DNA of 41,045 nucleotides from Chloroflexota bacterium (GCA_041918535.1 JAYRVN010000330.1:1-41045); one strand, 5' to 3'; counted from the first letter of the stretch, positions 1 to 10,187 are shown. Numbers and translations are program-made. The notes: generated by a model not told the origin, from the sequence alone.

Positions 1-118
1 AAGTCCGCCAGCGCCGGCCCGCGCCCGGCTGGAATTGCTGCGCAACCTGACCGCTATGGCGCAGATAGCCCCGATTCGGCCGATCCGTAACTTTAGCGCG
101 CCGGCTATGGCAACCCAC

Positions 119-2827
119 TCAACGCGTCTCTAGCCCATAGCCATAAGGAAACAGCGGCCCCGCTTCCCCCTCGCCTAAATTGGCGAAGTCAAAGGGGAGT
201 TGGGCGGCAGTGCGCGGCCAGGTGTAGGAAAGTCGGCCGGTGAAAGGCCTATCGCCAAACAGAACATCCGCCACCCCCTGCCCTTCTGTGCCCGGCAGCC
301 ACGCCGCCACCAGCGCATCCCAGTTGCCGATGTCATCCGTGATGATTAGCGGCCGGCCTGAGATTAAGACCACAATCAACTGATCGCACACTTCTTCCAT
401 CCGCGCCAACACCCGCCGATCATTCACCGGCAACCTCAGGTCGGCGCTGTCGCCCAGCCCTTCCGCATACGGCATCTCGCCCACCACACCCAGGCACACG
501 ATGGGTTGGTCGGAGGGCAGGTTTTCAAATCGGCCGAATTTGTCATAGACCACCACGGTATCGGCCGAAACCGTTTTCTGGATAGCCGCTAAAATCGTCG
601 TGCCGGGGGTAATCGCACCGGCCCGACCCTGCCATTCAATCGTCCAGCCTCCCGACTGAATGCCAATATCATCTGCGGCCGCGCCACCCACAAACAACAT
701 CGGCGCATCTTTCCTCAGCGGCAAGATGTCGCCTTCATTCTTCAGCAACACCTGCGATTTCGCCACCGCTTCCCGCGCCACCGCCCGGTGTGCCTCTGAC
801 CCCACCAGCGCCAACTGCGCCGGATCGGAATAAGGCCGCTCAAACAAGCCCATCTCGAACTTCACGGCGAGAATGTTGCCTACCGCCGCATCAATACGTT
901 CCATCGACACATCCCCGGCTTCCACCGCCCGCGTCAGCACGCCAATAAAGCGGTTATAGTCGTAAGGAACCATGTTCATATCTACGCCCGCATTCACAGA
1001 TGTGACCACGGCGACGTAATAGTCGTTGTCAATCTGATCCATCCCAGCCCAGTCGGAGACAATAAAGCCGGTAAAGCCAAGTTCGCCGCGCAACACATCG
1101 GTGAGCAGGTATTGCTGGGCGTGCATTTTCATGCCGCCCCAACTGGAATAGGAAACCATGATACTCCGGGCGCCGGCATCAATAACGGCCGCATACGGCG
1201 GCAAATGCACCGCCCGCAGCGTCGCCTCATCCACCTCAGTCACACCTTGATCCAGCCGGTAACTGCCCGTGGTGGAGCTATCCCAGGCCGTGCCGCCATC
1301 GCCCACAAAGTGCTTGGGGGTCGCCAGCACCGCGCCCGGCGCGGCCAGGTCATCCCCTTGCAAGCCTTGCAAAAAGGCCGTCGCTAACGCGCTCACCAAC
1401 GCCGTGTTTTCGCCATACCCTTCGTAGGTGCGTCCCCAACGAATATCTTGCGGCACGGCCACTACCGGCGCGTAATCCCAGTAGATGCCGGTGGCGATCA
1501 TCTCTGCGGCCGTCACCCGGCCAATTTGCTGCATCAAAGCGGGATCATTGGCCATGCCCAGGCCAATATTCTGCGGGAAAATGACCGCGCCGGCGACGTT
1601 GTTGTGTCCATGCACGGCATCTACGCCATAAATCAACGGGATGCCCAGCCGTGTCTCCAGCGCATTCGCCTGGAAGCCGTCAACCATCTCAGCCCACTTC
1701 TCCGGTGTGTTGGGATTGGGATAGCCGCCGCCGCCGCTCAGCAGTCCGCCGATGTAACGCGCCCCAATGTCGTCGGGATTGATGCTGCCTTTTTCTACCA
1801 GCGTCATCTGTCCGATTTTTTCCGCCAGGGTCATCCGCGCCAACAAATCGCTAACGCGCTCGGCTACCGGCAAAGCGGGGTTTTTGTAGGGCGCATCGGA
1901 CGGCGCCGGGACATAGGTGGGGGCGGGTGTTGGTTGTGGCGCGTTAGGCACCACCGCCGTCTGCCCAATTTCAAAGAAAACAAGCTGCCCAAAAACACTG
2001 GGGTTTTGGTAAGAACTGTCAGATTTGTCGAAGATAGACCAGATCACTTTCAGATCGCGATCCTTTTGAGAGGCGCTGTTCAGGTGGACCTGGAAGCCGA
2101 TAACGTTGCCGTGTTCGCGCTGGATATTCCAGACGCGATTTTTAAGCGGGACGGCCACTTCCAGCGCATATCCCTGGTCGGTATCCACAACCACGGCGCG
2201 CGCATCGGTGGTGTCAACTTGCACGCCGCCTAACACCACTTCTTCCGGCGGTCGTCCGGCATTCAAGGCGGGCACGGTGATTTGGGCGACGCCTTCCTTG
2301 TAAGACGAGAGCTGCAAATCGCCGGTACCATTGATATAAAATTCGGCCGAATCTTCATTCCAATAATTCTCGCCATGCTGCCCGGTGATAATGTTGGCGT
2401 CACTCACATCTGCCATAAAGTAAAGAAACTCATCGTCGGCTGCCGCGGCAAAGGTGATGAACGTTGCGCCCCGCACTTTCGTGGCCGTCGCCGGAACAAC
2501 AACCCGGGGCACACCCGCCCAATCGCCCAAATCCCCATCCAGCGTGATAGCCACAGGGAAAGGCGCATTGTAGGTTTCGCCGGGTATGCCTGGCAGGGCG
2601 AGCAAATTCTCGGCAGGAGCCGCCGCCAATTCCGCCGTTGCTTCTCCCGCTTGTGGCGCCGCTGTTGTCGCGACAACAGCAGCGGCGGTCGTTTCCGGCG
2701 CCGCCGATTGCGGCGTCGCCGTCACTTGCGACCCATTCTGCGCGCCGCCGCAAGCAACCAATGCAATGACTAGTAGTAAAAACGCCAGGGTACAGTCGTT
2801 ACGTTTCAATCTATCCCACATTTTCAT
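119..2827 (-). CDS. Secreted lipoprotein: CBM9-like sugar-binding module fused to a GH3 beta-glucosidase / exo-beta-glucanase
   Basis: 902-aa ORF. The N-terminus ends in a lipobox (LLLVIALVACGG), followed by an Ala/Thr/Pro linker. Residues ~80-285 resemble a CBM9/DOMON-like module (DGDLGDWAGVP, WNEDSAEFYI, GYALEVAVP). GH3 hallmarks: LAEKIGQM, KHFVGDGG, nucleophile context GFIVSDWAGM. Confidence 0.85.
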   Translation of the reverse strand: MKMWDRLKRNDCTLAFLLLVIALVACGGAQNGSQVTATPQSAAPETTAAAVVATTAAPQAGEATAELAAAPAENLLALPGIPGETYNAPFPVAITLDGDLGDWAGVPRVVVPATATKVRGATFITFAAAADDEFLYFMADVSDANIITGQHGENYWNEDSAEFYINGTGDLQLSSYKEGVAQITVPALNAGRPPEEVVLGGVQVDTTDARAVVVDTDQGYALEVAVPLKNRVWNIQREHGNVIGFQVHLNSASQKDRDLKVIWSIFDKSDSSYQNPSVFGQLVFFEIGQTAVVPNAPQPTPAPTYVPAPSDAPYKNPALPVAERVSDLLARMTLAEKIGQMTLVEKGSINPDDIGARYIGGLLSGGGGYPNPNTPEKWAEMVDGFQANALETRLGIPLIYGVDAVHGHNNVAGAVIFPQNIGLGMANDPALMQQIGRVTAAEMIATGIYWDYAPVVAVPQDIRWGRTYEGYGENTALVSALATAFLQGLQGDDLAAPGAVLATPKHFVGDGGTAWDSSTTGSYRLDQGVTEVDEATLRAVHLPPYAAVIDAGARSIMVSYSSWGGMKMHAQQYLLTDVLRGELGFTGFIVSDWAGMDQIDNDYYVAVVTSVNAGVDMNMVPYDYNRFIGVLTRAVEAGDVSMERIDAAVGNILAVKFEMGLFERPYSDPAQLALVGSEAHRAVAREAVAKSQVLLKNEGDILPLRKDAPMLFVGGAAADDIGIQSGGWTIEWQGRAGAITPGTTILAAIQKTVSADTVVVYDKFGRFENLPSDQPIVCLGVVGEMPYAEGLGDSADLRLPVNDRRVLARMEEVCDQLIVVLISGRPLIITDDIGNWDALVAAWLPGTEGQGVADVLFGDRPFTGRLSYTWPRTAAQLPFDFANLGEGEAGPLFPYGYGLETR

Positions 2828-2910
2828 TCTCCCGCGCTAATGTGACGCAGTTTTCTCAGCCGTCCGGCGCTGGCAGATGCCGGGCGATCAAGAAAATCGT
2901 CTCACACAGG

Positions 2911-5574
2911 CTAATTCTTCGCCGCAGCAGCCAATGCATCATTAATAGCCGCCATTTTTACCTCTGTTAGCAATTCCGGCGCAAACGCCGCAATTTGATT
3001 CAGCGTCATACTCAACGCCATGCTTGCTTGTGGATGGTGCAACAAATCGCCTAAATGCGCCTGCAAGACCGCTGCGCCGCGGTCATCGGCCAACAAGGCG
3101 GCCAACGTCAAGCCGGTATGCAAGGCGTCACGTTCTCCACCCCAGGTAAAGCCGACGCGCAGGCAAATGTCCCGCGATGAACGTCCGACCAGGACTTCAA
3201 ATTCACCCGGCTCTGTAACCCATCCAGGCGCGGCCGGATCGTAAAAAGCCAATGATTGCTGGTTCAGATGGAGTGTGACGGTCTTTGTCTCGCCCGGTTC
3301 CAGCGCGACTTTGGCAAAGGCTTTCAGCTCTTGTAATGGTCGCGCCAGCCGCGCTTCCACATCCCGCACATAAACCTGCACCACTTCCTGCCCCATCCGC
3401 GCGCCCGTATTCGTCACATCAACGCTTACAACAATCTCATCGCCTGGAGAAAACCTGTCACTATTCAAACGCAAATGGTCATAAGCAAACGTCGTGTAAG
3501 ATAGCCCGTGTCCAAATGGGAACAACGGCGCAATTCCCTTCTTGTCATAGTAGCGATAACCGACAAAAATGCCTTCGCCATACTGCACTTTGCCGTTTTC
3601 GCCAGGGTAGTTGATGTAAGCCGGGTTGTCTTGCATCCGCTGCGGGAAGGTGGTTGGCAGCTTCCCCGATGGATTGACATCGCCAAACAACACATCGGCC
3701 AGCGCATTGCCCGCCTCCTGCCCACCGTACCACTGTTGCAGCGCCGCCGGAACCGTCTCCAGCCAGGGCATCACCACGGGCGATCCCACGTTGAGCACAA
3801 CCACGGTGCGGGGATTGACTGCAGCGACACGGGCGATCAATTCGTCTTGTCGGCCGACCAGATGCAAATCGGGCCGGTCAAAACCTTCGCTTTCCCACTC
3901 CTTTGTTAACCCGGCCACGACAATGGCTACATCAGCCTGCGCCGCCAAGTCTACGGCCACTTGAATGGGATCGGCGGGCAATTCGGGCAGACAGCTCAAC
4001 TGGAGCATCCGCCAGCGGGCTTGTGGGAGGGTGGCGTATTCGACGACCAGTTGATACGGCCGTTCCGCTTCCAACAACAAACTCACCTGCTGCATAGACT
4101 GACCATCGTTCACGTTGGCCTGCTCCTCACTGTCAAGCTGCACCACGCCATCCAACAGCAGGCGGCTGTGTCCAATGCTCGCCAGGTGCAGTTCATATAC
4201 CCGGCTCTCCGGCACAGTCAACGTGCCGCTCAAGCGCAGCGAGAAATTCGCCGGATCCACATAAGGATTCACCATACCAAACCAGGAAAGCGCGCTCTTC
4301 TGCACCACCGCAGTGTGCGTAGGCATCCCAGACAACGTCAAATTATCAAAATAGGTTAATGTCAATCCCCGACTTGTCCCATCGGCCGCCGTTAACCAGG
4401 CGGGGTCCAACAGTGGCGGCATTTGGTGAATGGGACATCCAATGGCATAAACAACCTGCGCGGCTTCACCCACCCGCGCTTGAATGCCTGCTAACGGCGA
4501 CACAACATAGTGCGGATTGATAGCAGCGCTGCCGCCGCCCATAATTTGCGCCCATTTCGCGTTTTCCCCAATGACAGCAATGGTTTTCACTTCTGTCAGG
4601 TTAATGGGCAGGAGTTGCTGCTCGTTTTTCAACAGCACAATCGCTTCAGCCGCCACGGCGCGGGCCAATTGACGATCTTCTGGCCGGTCCACAGCCTGAA
4701 CTGCGGGTTGTGCTGGCGCAAATGCGCCTACGCGCTCCATCAGGCGCAGTAAACGGCGCACTTTGTCATCAATCACTGTCTCATCCAGCCGACCTAACGC
4801 CACCAGGGCGATGATCTTTTCCGGGTTCATCCAGCGCGCCGGGCCGGGCATCTCCAAATCAAGGCCGCCCGCGGGCACAGCCTCGGTGTACGTGCCGTAC
4901 CAATCCGATATGACCAACCCATCATAATTCCACTCCCCCTTCAAGATATCCCGCAGAGTGATATCGTTCTCGCTGGCAAATACGCCGTTCACGCGATTGT
5001 AGGCGCTCATGATGCTCCACGGATTTGCCCTCTGGACGGCGATGCGGAACGGCTCCAGGTAAATCTCTCGCAATGGCCGTTCTGTTACCTCCGCGCTAAT
5101 GGACTGGCGCTCAAACTCCTGGTCATTGCACACAAAATGTTTGATGCACGCAGCCACGCCCTGGCTTTGCAAGCCATTGATGTATGCGGCGGCCGTCACG
5201 CCGCTGAGATAGGGGTCTTCGGCAAAACATTCAAAATTGCGGCCGGCGTTGGGTGTGCGGTGAATATTGACCGTAGGCGCCAGCAGCACATGTCCACCTT
5301 TCGCTCGCGCCTCCGCGGCCAGCTTCATGCCGACCCGCCGGATCAGGTCAGGGTTCCAGGTCGCGCCCATAGCCACGCCCACGGGAAAGCACATGGAGGT
5401 CGAGCCCAAATTGTCATCAGCGCCGCGCGCACCGTTGGGGCCGTCAGTTACTCTGATGGCAGGGATACCCAGGCGGGGGACCGGACGGGTAGACCACATA
5501 TCCACCCCGGCCAACAAGGAAACCTTCTCGACCAGGCTGAGTTGGGCGATGAGTGTGTTGATTGTGTGTTCCAT
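2911..5574 (-). CDS. Cytoplasmic GH3 beta-glucosidase with PA14 insertion and C-terminal Fn3-like domain
   Basis: ORF 2911..5613. I moved the start to ATG 5574 (MEHTINTLIAQLSLVEKV) because AAGGAAG lies just upstream. GH3 motifs KHFVCNDQE and VISDWYG. PA14-like segment (LTYFDNLTLSG...LHLASIGHSRLLLDG). Fn3-like segment (VSVDVTNTGARMGQEVVQVYV). No signal peptide. Confidence 0.85.
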   Translation of the reverse strand: MEHTINTLIAQLSLVEKVSLLAGVDMWSTRPVPRLGIPAIRVTDGPNGARGADDNLGSTSMCFPVGVAMGATWNPDLIRRVGMKLAAEARAKGGHVLLAPTVNIHRTPNAGRNFECFAEDPYLSGVTAAAYINGLQSQGVAACIKHFVCNDQEFERQSISAEVTERPLREIYLEPFRIAVQRANPWSIMSAYNRVNGVFASENDITLRDILKGEWNYDGLVISDWYGTYTEAVPAGGLDLEMPGPARWMNPEKIIALVALGRLDETVIDDKVRRLLRLMERVGAFAPAQPAVQAVDRPEDRQLARAVAAEAIVLLKNEQQLLPINLTEVKTIAVIGENAKWAQIMGGGSAAINPHYVVSPLAGIQARVGEAAQVVYAIGCPIHQMPPLLDPAWLTAADGTSRGLTLTYFDNLTLSGMPTHTAVVQKSALSWFGMVNPYVDPANFSLRLSGTLTVPESRVYELHLASIGHSRLLLDGVVQLDSEEQANVNDGQSMQQVSLLLEAERPYQLVVEYATLPQARWRMLQLSCLPELPADPIQVAVDLAAQADVAIVVAGLTKEWESEGFDRPDLHLVGRQDELIARVAAVNPRTVVVLNVGSPVVMPWLETVPAALQQWYGGQEAGNALADVLFGDVNPSGKLPTTFPQRMQDNPAYINYPGENGKVQYGEGIFVGYRYYDKKGIAPLFPFGHGLSYTTFAYDHLRLNSDRFSPGDEIVVSVDVTNTGARMGQEVVQVYVRDVEARLARPLQELKAFAKVALEPGETKTVTLHLNQQSLAFYDPAAPGWVTEPGEFEVLVGRSSRDICLRVGFTWGGERDALHTGLTLAALLADDRGAAVLQAHLGDLLHHPQASMALSMTLNQIAAFAPELLTEVKMAAINDALAAAAKN

Positions 5575-5681
5575 ATTCTTCCTTATCAATACGAATGGGC
5601 AAAGTGAAGCCAAACGCCAGGCGCGCCTGGATTCGGGGCTGTAGCGCTCTATGGGCAGCTTTGTCGCTATCGCCGATCTTG

Positions 5682-8600
5682 CTAAATGGCCGTGACGACG
5701 CGCACCAACCGAATTAGCCCGTCGCGGTCGAAAATGTGCCGGGCGGTAGGGGCATCCAAATATGTCCCGGCAATGCGTTGCGATAGGCCATCGGCATAAA
5801 CCACCTCAACGCTCGGTCTGTTGCCGCGAGTGTAGATGATGGGCGTCTGGCAAAGGGTGAAGGCCAGCGAACGGCTGGGCAACGGCGCTGTTTGGTGACT
5901 ACCGGTTGTGTCAATATAGGTAAAAGTGCTCGTCTCGGACAAGAACTCGTCGCTTCGCAGCAGATGCGGCGCGAAATGTAACGCTCCCTGGCGCACAGCC
6001 ACGCCCAATTCTCCCCAGCGTGTGAGGATTTCCTCTTTTACCTGGCCGGTCATGCCCGGCTGGCGCGCGCCGCCGCCCGCGGGGGTGTGAGAATAGGGAT
6101 CGGTGGGGAATGCACCATACACAGCGGGCGGTTTGTTAAAACCCAGGCCCTGGCGAATATCGTGATAGGCAGTCGCCAGAGCCGCCGTAAGGGCTGTGTC
6201 TGCGCCGCAACTGACTGCCGCCGTGTAACATTCCTGGGTAGCCAGGAGCAGTTTTGCCACCATGTGCCAGTAAACGCTGCCCAACCCCTCGTAGGCAAAA
6301 AAGGCGCCAGAACGGCCGGTAAACTGGTGATGATTAAACACCCTTTCAAACAACTCAAGAATGAAGGCGCGCTCGGCGGCTACCAGGTCGGCATAGATGG
6401 GTTCTTGCGCCAGGGCGGCCAGCACACGCATGACATCATGGATATTGCGGAAGGTCCCGTTGAAATGATAAACGCCTGCGTCGTCTTGGCTGAGCAGGCG
6501 CGTGTCGCCGCCCGCGGTCAGCGCGGCCACCCAGGGTGAGCCGGCGACCAGGCCGGCGGTCACCTTGTTCTTTTGGCGGAAGCCCGGCAACACGCGATTG
6601 GGATAGAGCATGTAGGTATGTTGGTCGGCGCGGTATAGGTCGCTGCGGCGCAAGCTGTGTAGCAGTGTCAGCGCGTCGTTGGCTGTTAACATTCCGGAGG
6701 AAAGCACGGCGACCTGGCCCTCTAACATCAGGTAGAGATTCTCGACGGTTGCGCCATTCTCATCTAAGCGCAGGGTGTTATAGGCATGGTAAAGACCATC
6801 GGAGCGTCGGTTGGCCCGCAGCGTTTGCTCAATGTAAGCCTGCGCCAATGTCAGAAAGTCGCGCAATGTCTGCCCGGTAATTTGAGCTTGCGCCTGCGGG
6901 AATCTAGCCTGGTAAATTGTTGTCCGGTAGGCAGTGGCAACAGCCCCCAGATTGTCTAGCATAGCCCGCCGCGCTTGGGCATTGAAGCCGGTTTCCAGGT
7001 AAGCTTGGTGCTCAGCAAAAATGGTTTGCACGGCGTCGAAAAGGGTGGCTACCGCCGTGTTCACTGCAAATGTCACGGCTTCAGCCCCGGTCAACTGCGC
7101 CTGCCAAAAAGCGATGAAGCGGCGCAGGTAAGCCACAGTCACCACAGACAGCCCTTTCCCCACCAACGCATTGTTGGCGTCGTTCCATTCCGGGCGCTGC
7201 GTGTTCATCCAAATGCCCCCCTCCGGCGCCAGATTGACGAGCTTGGCCAGCAGCAGCATCAGAAGCTTTTCTAGCATGGTGACGTGGATAACGTTGCCGT
7301 TGGCGTCGCGCAGCAAACGACCGTCAGCGCCCATGTCGGCAACGGCTTCTCCCGTCACCTGTTCACTCTCCCAATCAAAATCAATGGTGTTAGACCAGTC
7401 GGCCAGCATTTCTTGGTAGGGGTGCTGCCGGTAAGGCACGTTGGCATAGGAAAAGATGGCGGAGTTCCAGAGACGCGAGAGTGCGCCCGGATACACCTGA
7501 TCGGCGATTTCCAGCAGTTTTTGCAGGTAAATGATCTGGTGGTCGCTCCAATAGCCAATGTTTGCCCACAAATTGTTTGGGTCTGGCACTTCCCATTCGA
7601 CACCGTCGCGGGTGACCCGATAAGGATTGTAGCCATCGGCGGTAGTCGCGTTCAGGAATTTGGCGATCAGCCCTTCGATATAGGCCGGAAAGGATTGCAC
7701 CAGCGGTTCCCAATTCTGGAAGATGTCGCGCCAGTTGCCCTGGTAATCAAGCCGGGGGGAGCCATCCGGATGTTTGAGGTTGATGGTAAAGCGATTCCAG
7801 GGGCGGCTGGGGTCGCCATGACGGCGGCTGAAGGTAAGGGGCAGATATTCGTAGCAGAGACGAATCAGGTCGGGCACGTGGGTGGCGGCGGCGCGCGCAT
7901 ACAGGTCGCCGATAGTAAGCTGATCGGGCAGGGCGGCGAACCAGTCGGCAAAGGTATTGAGTACATGGCGGTTGCGCGCCTGTATGAAGGCCAGCAGGTC
8001 GCTTCGGTCTAGTGTGTAACCTTCGGCAAAGACTCCGCCGCGCATGATATTGAAGAGTACGTTGGCGAAGTGGTGGGTGGTGATGGATTTATCGGCCGAA
8101 ATTTGTAATCCATCCGCCGCCGCCACATAATTAATCAGGTCGGCCGTTCCCTGCGCAATATCATCTTCAAGCTGCCGATCAATCGCGGCACGATCCTCGC
8201 CGAGCAAACATATCAGACGTGTAATGGCTGCGCTATCCTGGTTAACGTCGGCCACAATATGCCAGGCACGGGTCTGACCCGCGGACAGCGTGAAGGCCGA
8301 GCTAACCAGGTAAGCACCCGCTTTGCCCCGCACATCATATTCCGGCGTCAATGGTAGGCCGCGGCGAAAGACATCAAGCTGGTCTGAGGAAAGCAAAAAA
8401 GAGCTATTGTCTAGCCCCACTTGCCAGGCGACAGTCGCCTGAAGGGATTCGCTCGGTTCGGCCCGGTCGGTGGGAGTTGCGCTCAGGGTGAAAATGCCCA
8501 GACCAGTAGCGGGGTCCAATTCATTGCGCTTATAGGCGTGAAGTAAATTACTGAGCGACGTTTGCATGGCCGAAGTGACGCCATAAGGCAGCAGGTTTTG

Positions 8601-9149
8601 TAAGCCGTCAAGCAAAGTGATCTGGCAGGCAGCGTCGCCGTCGTTTTGTAACCAACCACTCTTGATAAACCCGAAACGATCGCCCGTGCGCCAGGCATAA
8701 CGCATGGTAAGCTGTAAGTCGTGGTTGACTTCCTCAAACACAAGCTTGTTGCCGTAGGCATTCTTGTAGAGGCTGCGCTCGCAATCATAAATGCCGGCAT
8801 ACCGCGGCGAAAATGGTTCCCATAGATGGGTATGGTCGTCTCGTGTTACCCGAATGATGGTCTTGCTGCCGGTGTGTTCACTGCCGGCGGTGATCTTGTC
8901 ATCCGTTTCGTAGGGGAAGAGCGCCGAATCGGCGTTTGCGCGACCGGCCGTCAGGCCGCCGGTGCTGGCGATGAAAAGCCAATGGTCAGCACTACTAACC
9001 ACACTCATGAAGAAGGGCGGCATCTGATCGGAGTGACGAAGGCGATAGTAACTCTCGCCGAAGATGCGGACAAATTCACCGGTAGTGTGAGAAACATTCA
9101 CCGAGATGGGCGTGTGGCCCAGGTAGATGGCGTTGTGGGGGTGAGTCAT
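5682..9149 (-). CDS. Large cytoplasmic glycoside phosphorylase candidate (GH94-clan-like; possibly GH149/GH161-type beta-1,3-glucan phosphorylase)
   Basis: 1155-aa ORF, no signal peptide. GNWRDIFQNWE (aa 471-481), RRHGDPSRPWNRF (442-454) and RPEWNDANN (652-660; Asp657 codon at 7179..7181) resemble the RD..Q, phosphate-site and catalytic xWND signatures of (alpha/alpha)6 inverting phosphorylases. Size and beta-1,3-glucan context fit. The coding call is confident; the family call is inference. Confidence 0.6.
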   Translation of the reverse strand: MTHPHNAIYLGHTPISVNVSHTTGEFVRIFGESYYRLRHSDQMPPFFMSVVSSADHWLFIASTGGLTAGRANADSALFPYETDDKITAGSEHTGSKTIIRVTRDDHTHLWEPFSPRYAGIYDCERSLYKNAYGNKLVFEEVNHDLQLTMRYAWRTGDRFGFIKSGWLQNDGDAACQITLLDGLQNLLPYGVTSAMQTSLSNLLHAYKRNELDPATGLGIFTLSATPTDRAEPSESLQATVAWQVGLDNSSFLLSSDQLDVFRRGLPLTPEYDVRGKAGAYLVSSAFTLSAGQTRAWHIVADVNQDSAAITRLICLLGEDRAAIDRQLEDDIAQGTADLINYVAAADGLQISADKSITTHHFANVLFNIMRGGVFAEGYTLDRSDLLAFIQARNRHVLNTFADWFAALPDQLTIGDLYARAAATHVPDLIRLCYEYLPLTFSRRHGDPSRPWNRFTINLKHPDGSPRLDYQGNWRDIFQNWEPLVQSFPAYIEGLIAKFLNATTADGYNPYRVTRDGVEWEVPDPNNLWANIGYWSDHQIIYLQKLLEIADQVYPGALSRLWNSAIFSYANVPYRQHPYQEMLADWSNTIDFDWESEQVTGEAVADMGADGRLLRDANGNVIHVTMLEKLLMLLLAKLVNLAPEGGIWMNTQRPEWNDANNALVGKGLSVVTVAYLRRFIAFWQAQLTGAEAVTFAVNTAVATLFDAVQTIFAEHQAYLETGFNAQARRAMLDNLGAVATAYRTTIYQARFPQAQAQITGQTLRDFLTLAQAYIEQTLRANRRSDGLYHAYNTLRLDENGATVENLYLMLEGQVAVLSSGMLTANDALTLLHSLRRSDLYRADQHTYMLYPNRVLPGFRQKNKVTAGLVAGSPWVAALTAGGDTRLLSQDDAGVYHFNGTFRNIHDVMRVLAALAQEPIYADLVAAERAFILELFERVFNHHQFTGRSGAFFAYEGLGSVYWHMVAKLLLATQECYTAAVSCGADTALTAALATAYHDIRQGLGFNKPPAVYGAFPTDPYSHTPAGGGARQPGMTGQVKEEILTRWGELGVAVRQGALHFAPHLLRSDEFLSETSTFTYIDTTGSHQTAPLPSRSLAFTLCQTPIIYTRGNRPSVEVVYADGLSQRIAGTYLDAPTARHIFDRDGLIRLVRVVTAI

Positions 9150-9292
9150 CGGGCGTATCTCTTGGAATTATCTTAGCGGCGTAGAGTAGAGAATGGCATC
9201 CTTCCAACCCTGGCCGCCCAACTCCGGCGTCAGGGAGTGCAGAGGTTGGCCCATCCGCCTGGCCTGTCGAGTGCGAACGGTAACCGGATTAC

Positions 9293-10120
9293 TTACGGCC
9301 GTTCATACACGCGGACATAGTCCACCAACATCCTCTGTGGGAATACCGTTGTGTCATCGGGAGAACCCGGCCAGTAACCACCCACGGCCACATTGAGCAG
9401 AATAAAGACGGGGTGGTCGTAGACCCACTTGCCAGGCACGTCATCGGTGGTGATCGTGTTGGTGAGTATGTCATCAACATACCACCGAATGGCTGTTGAT
9501 TCCCATTCAATGGCGTAAATATGGAAATCGTCGGTAAAAGAACGACCATCCGGCAAACTATAGGCGGCGCCTACACCATTCGCGCCGGAGTAGCCAGGCC
9601 CGTGAACCGTGCCGTGGACAATAGCCGGCTCGCTGCCAATGTTTTCCATGATGTCAATTTCGCCGCACTGCGGCCAGCCAACCTCGTCTATATCGCCGCC
9701 CAATGTCCAAAATGCGGGCCAGACACCCTGCCCGTGGGGGATTTTCAGGCGCGCTTCGAAGCGACCGTATGCCTGCTCAAACTTTTCTTTGGTGATCATG
9801 CGGGCGGACGTGAACTTACGACCCTGATGATTCTGCTGCAAGGCCTGAATCACGAGGTGTCCATCTTCGATGAACGCGTTATCCGGCTTATTTGTGTAGA
9901 ACTGCAATTCGGCGTTGCCCCAGCCATTCCCGCCCGTTTCCTGCGTCCAATTAGCGGCGTCAATCTCTGGGCCATCGAATTCGTCATGCCAGCTCAGTTG
10001 CCAACCGGCGCGATAGCCGATAGGTGTCGGCGTGGCGGGAGCAAGTACAGCCGTTTCTCCCCCACAGGCCGCCAAAGCCAGCCCCGACACAAGCAATAGC
10101 CACCCGACGCCTCTTTTCAT
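9293..10120 (-). CDS. GH16 endo-beta-1,3-glucanase (laminarinase-type) lipoprotein
   Basis: ORF 9293..10147. The start is probably ATG 10120 (MKRGVGWLLLVSGLALAACGG, lipobox LAAC), because a perfect hairpin occupies 10133..10166. GH16 catalytic motif GEIDIMEN (first Glu codon at 9659..9661). WPAFW and DYVRVY are typical of GH16 laminarinases. Confidence 0.85.
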   Translation of the reverse strand: MKRGVGWLLLVSGLALAACGGETAVLAPATPTPIGYRAGWQLSWHDEFDGPEIDAANWTQETGGNGWGNAELQFYTNKPDNAFIEDGHLVIQALQQNHQGRKFTSARMITKEKFEQAYGRFEARLKIPHGQGVWPAFWTLGGDIDEVGWPQCGEIDIMENIGSEPAIVHGTVHGPGYSGANGVGAAYSLPDGRSFTDDFHIYAIEWESTAIRWYVDDILTNTITTDDVPGKWVYDHPVFILLNVAVGGYWPGSPDDTTVFPQRMLVDYVRVYERP

Positions 10121-10132
10121 CGCACAACCTCG

Positions 10133-10166
10133 GTTTGTAGCGCCCACTCAGGTGGGCGCTACAAAC
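10133..10166 (-). promoter_or_regulatory. Intercistronic stem-loop between the two GH16 genes (attenuator, processing or stabiliser element)
   Basis: Perfect 15-bp inverted repeat GTTTGTAGCGCCCAC / GTGGGCGCTACAAAC with a 4-nt loop. It sits 22 nt after the stop of the 1467-aa gene and 13 nt before ATG 10120. No U-tract follows, so it is not a classic intrinsic terminator. Confidence 0.45.
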
Positions 10167-10187
10167 CTGCACATTGAGACTGTTAGA

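Noticed and set aside
1-133. Possible 3' end of a plus-strand gene entering from the left edge (frame 2 is open up to TAG 131..133)
   Set aside because: Only about 43 codons are visible, with no recognisable motif. It would overlap the GH3 gene end. It cannot be supported from this window alone.
5617-5630. Perfect 14-bp palindrome CCAGGCGCGCCTGG in the gap between the GH3 and phosphorylase genes
   Set aside because: It has no loop, so it makes a poor RNA hairpin. It has no second copy and no similarity to the LacI-type sites. A GC-rich palindrome of this size can arise by chance here, so I could not support a function.
9150-9292. Searched this gap, and the other internal gaps of the glucan locus (2828..2910, 5575..5681, 14592..14658), for additional LacI-type operators or clean terminators
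   Set aside because: There is no match to the GAAAACGCT-type half-sites and only weak, imperfect hairpins. The locus is better read as one long transcription unit.
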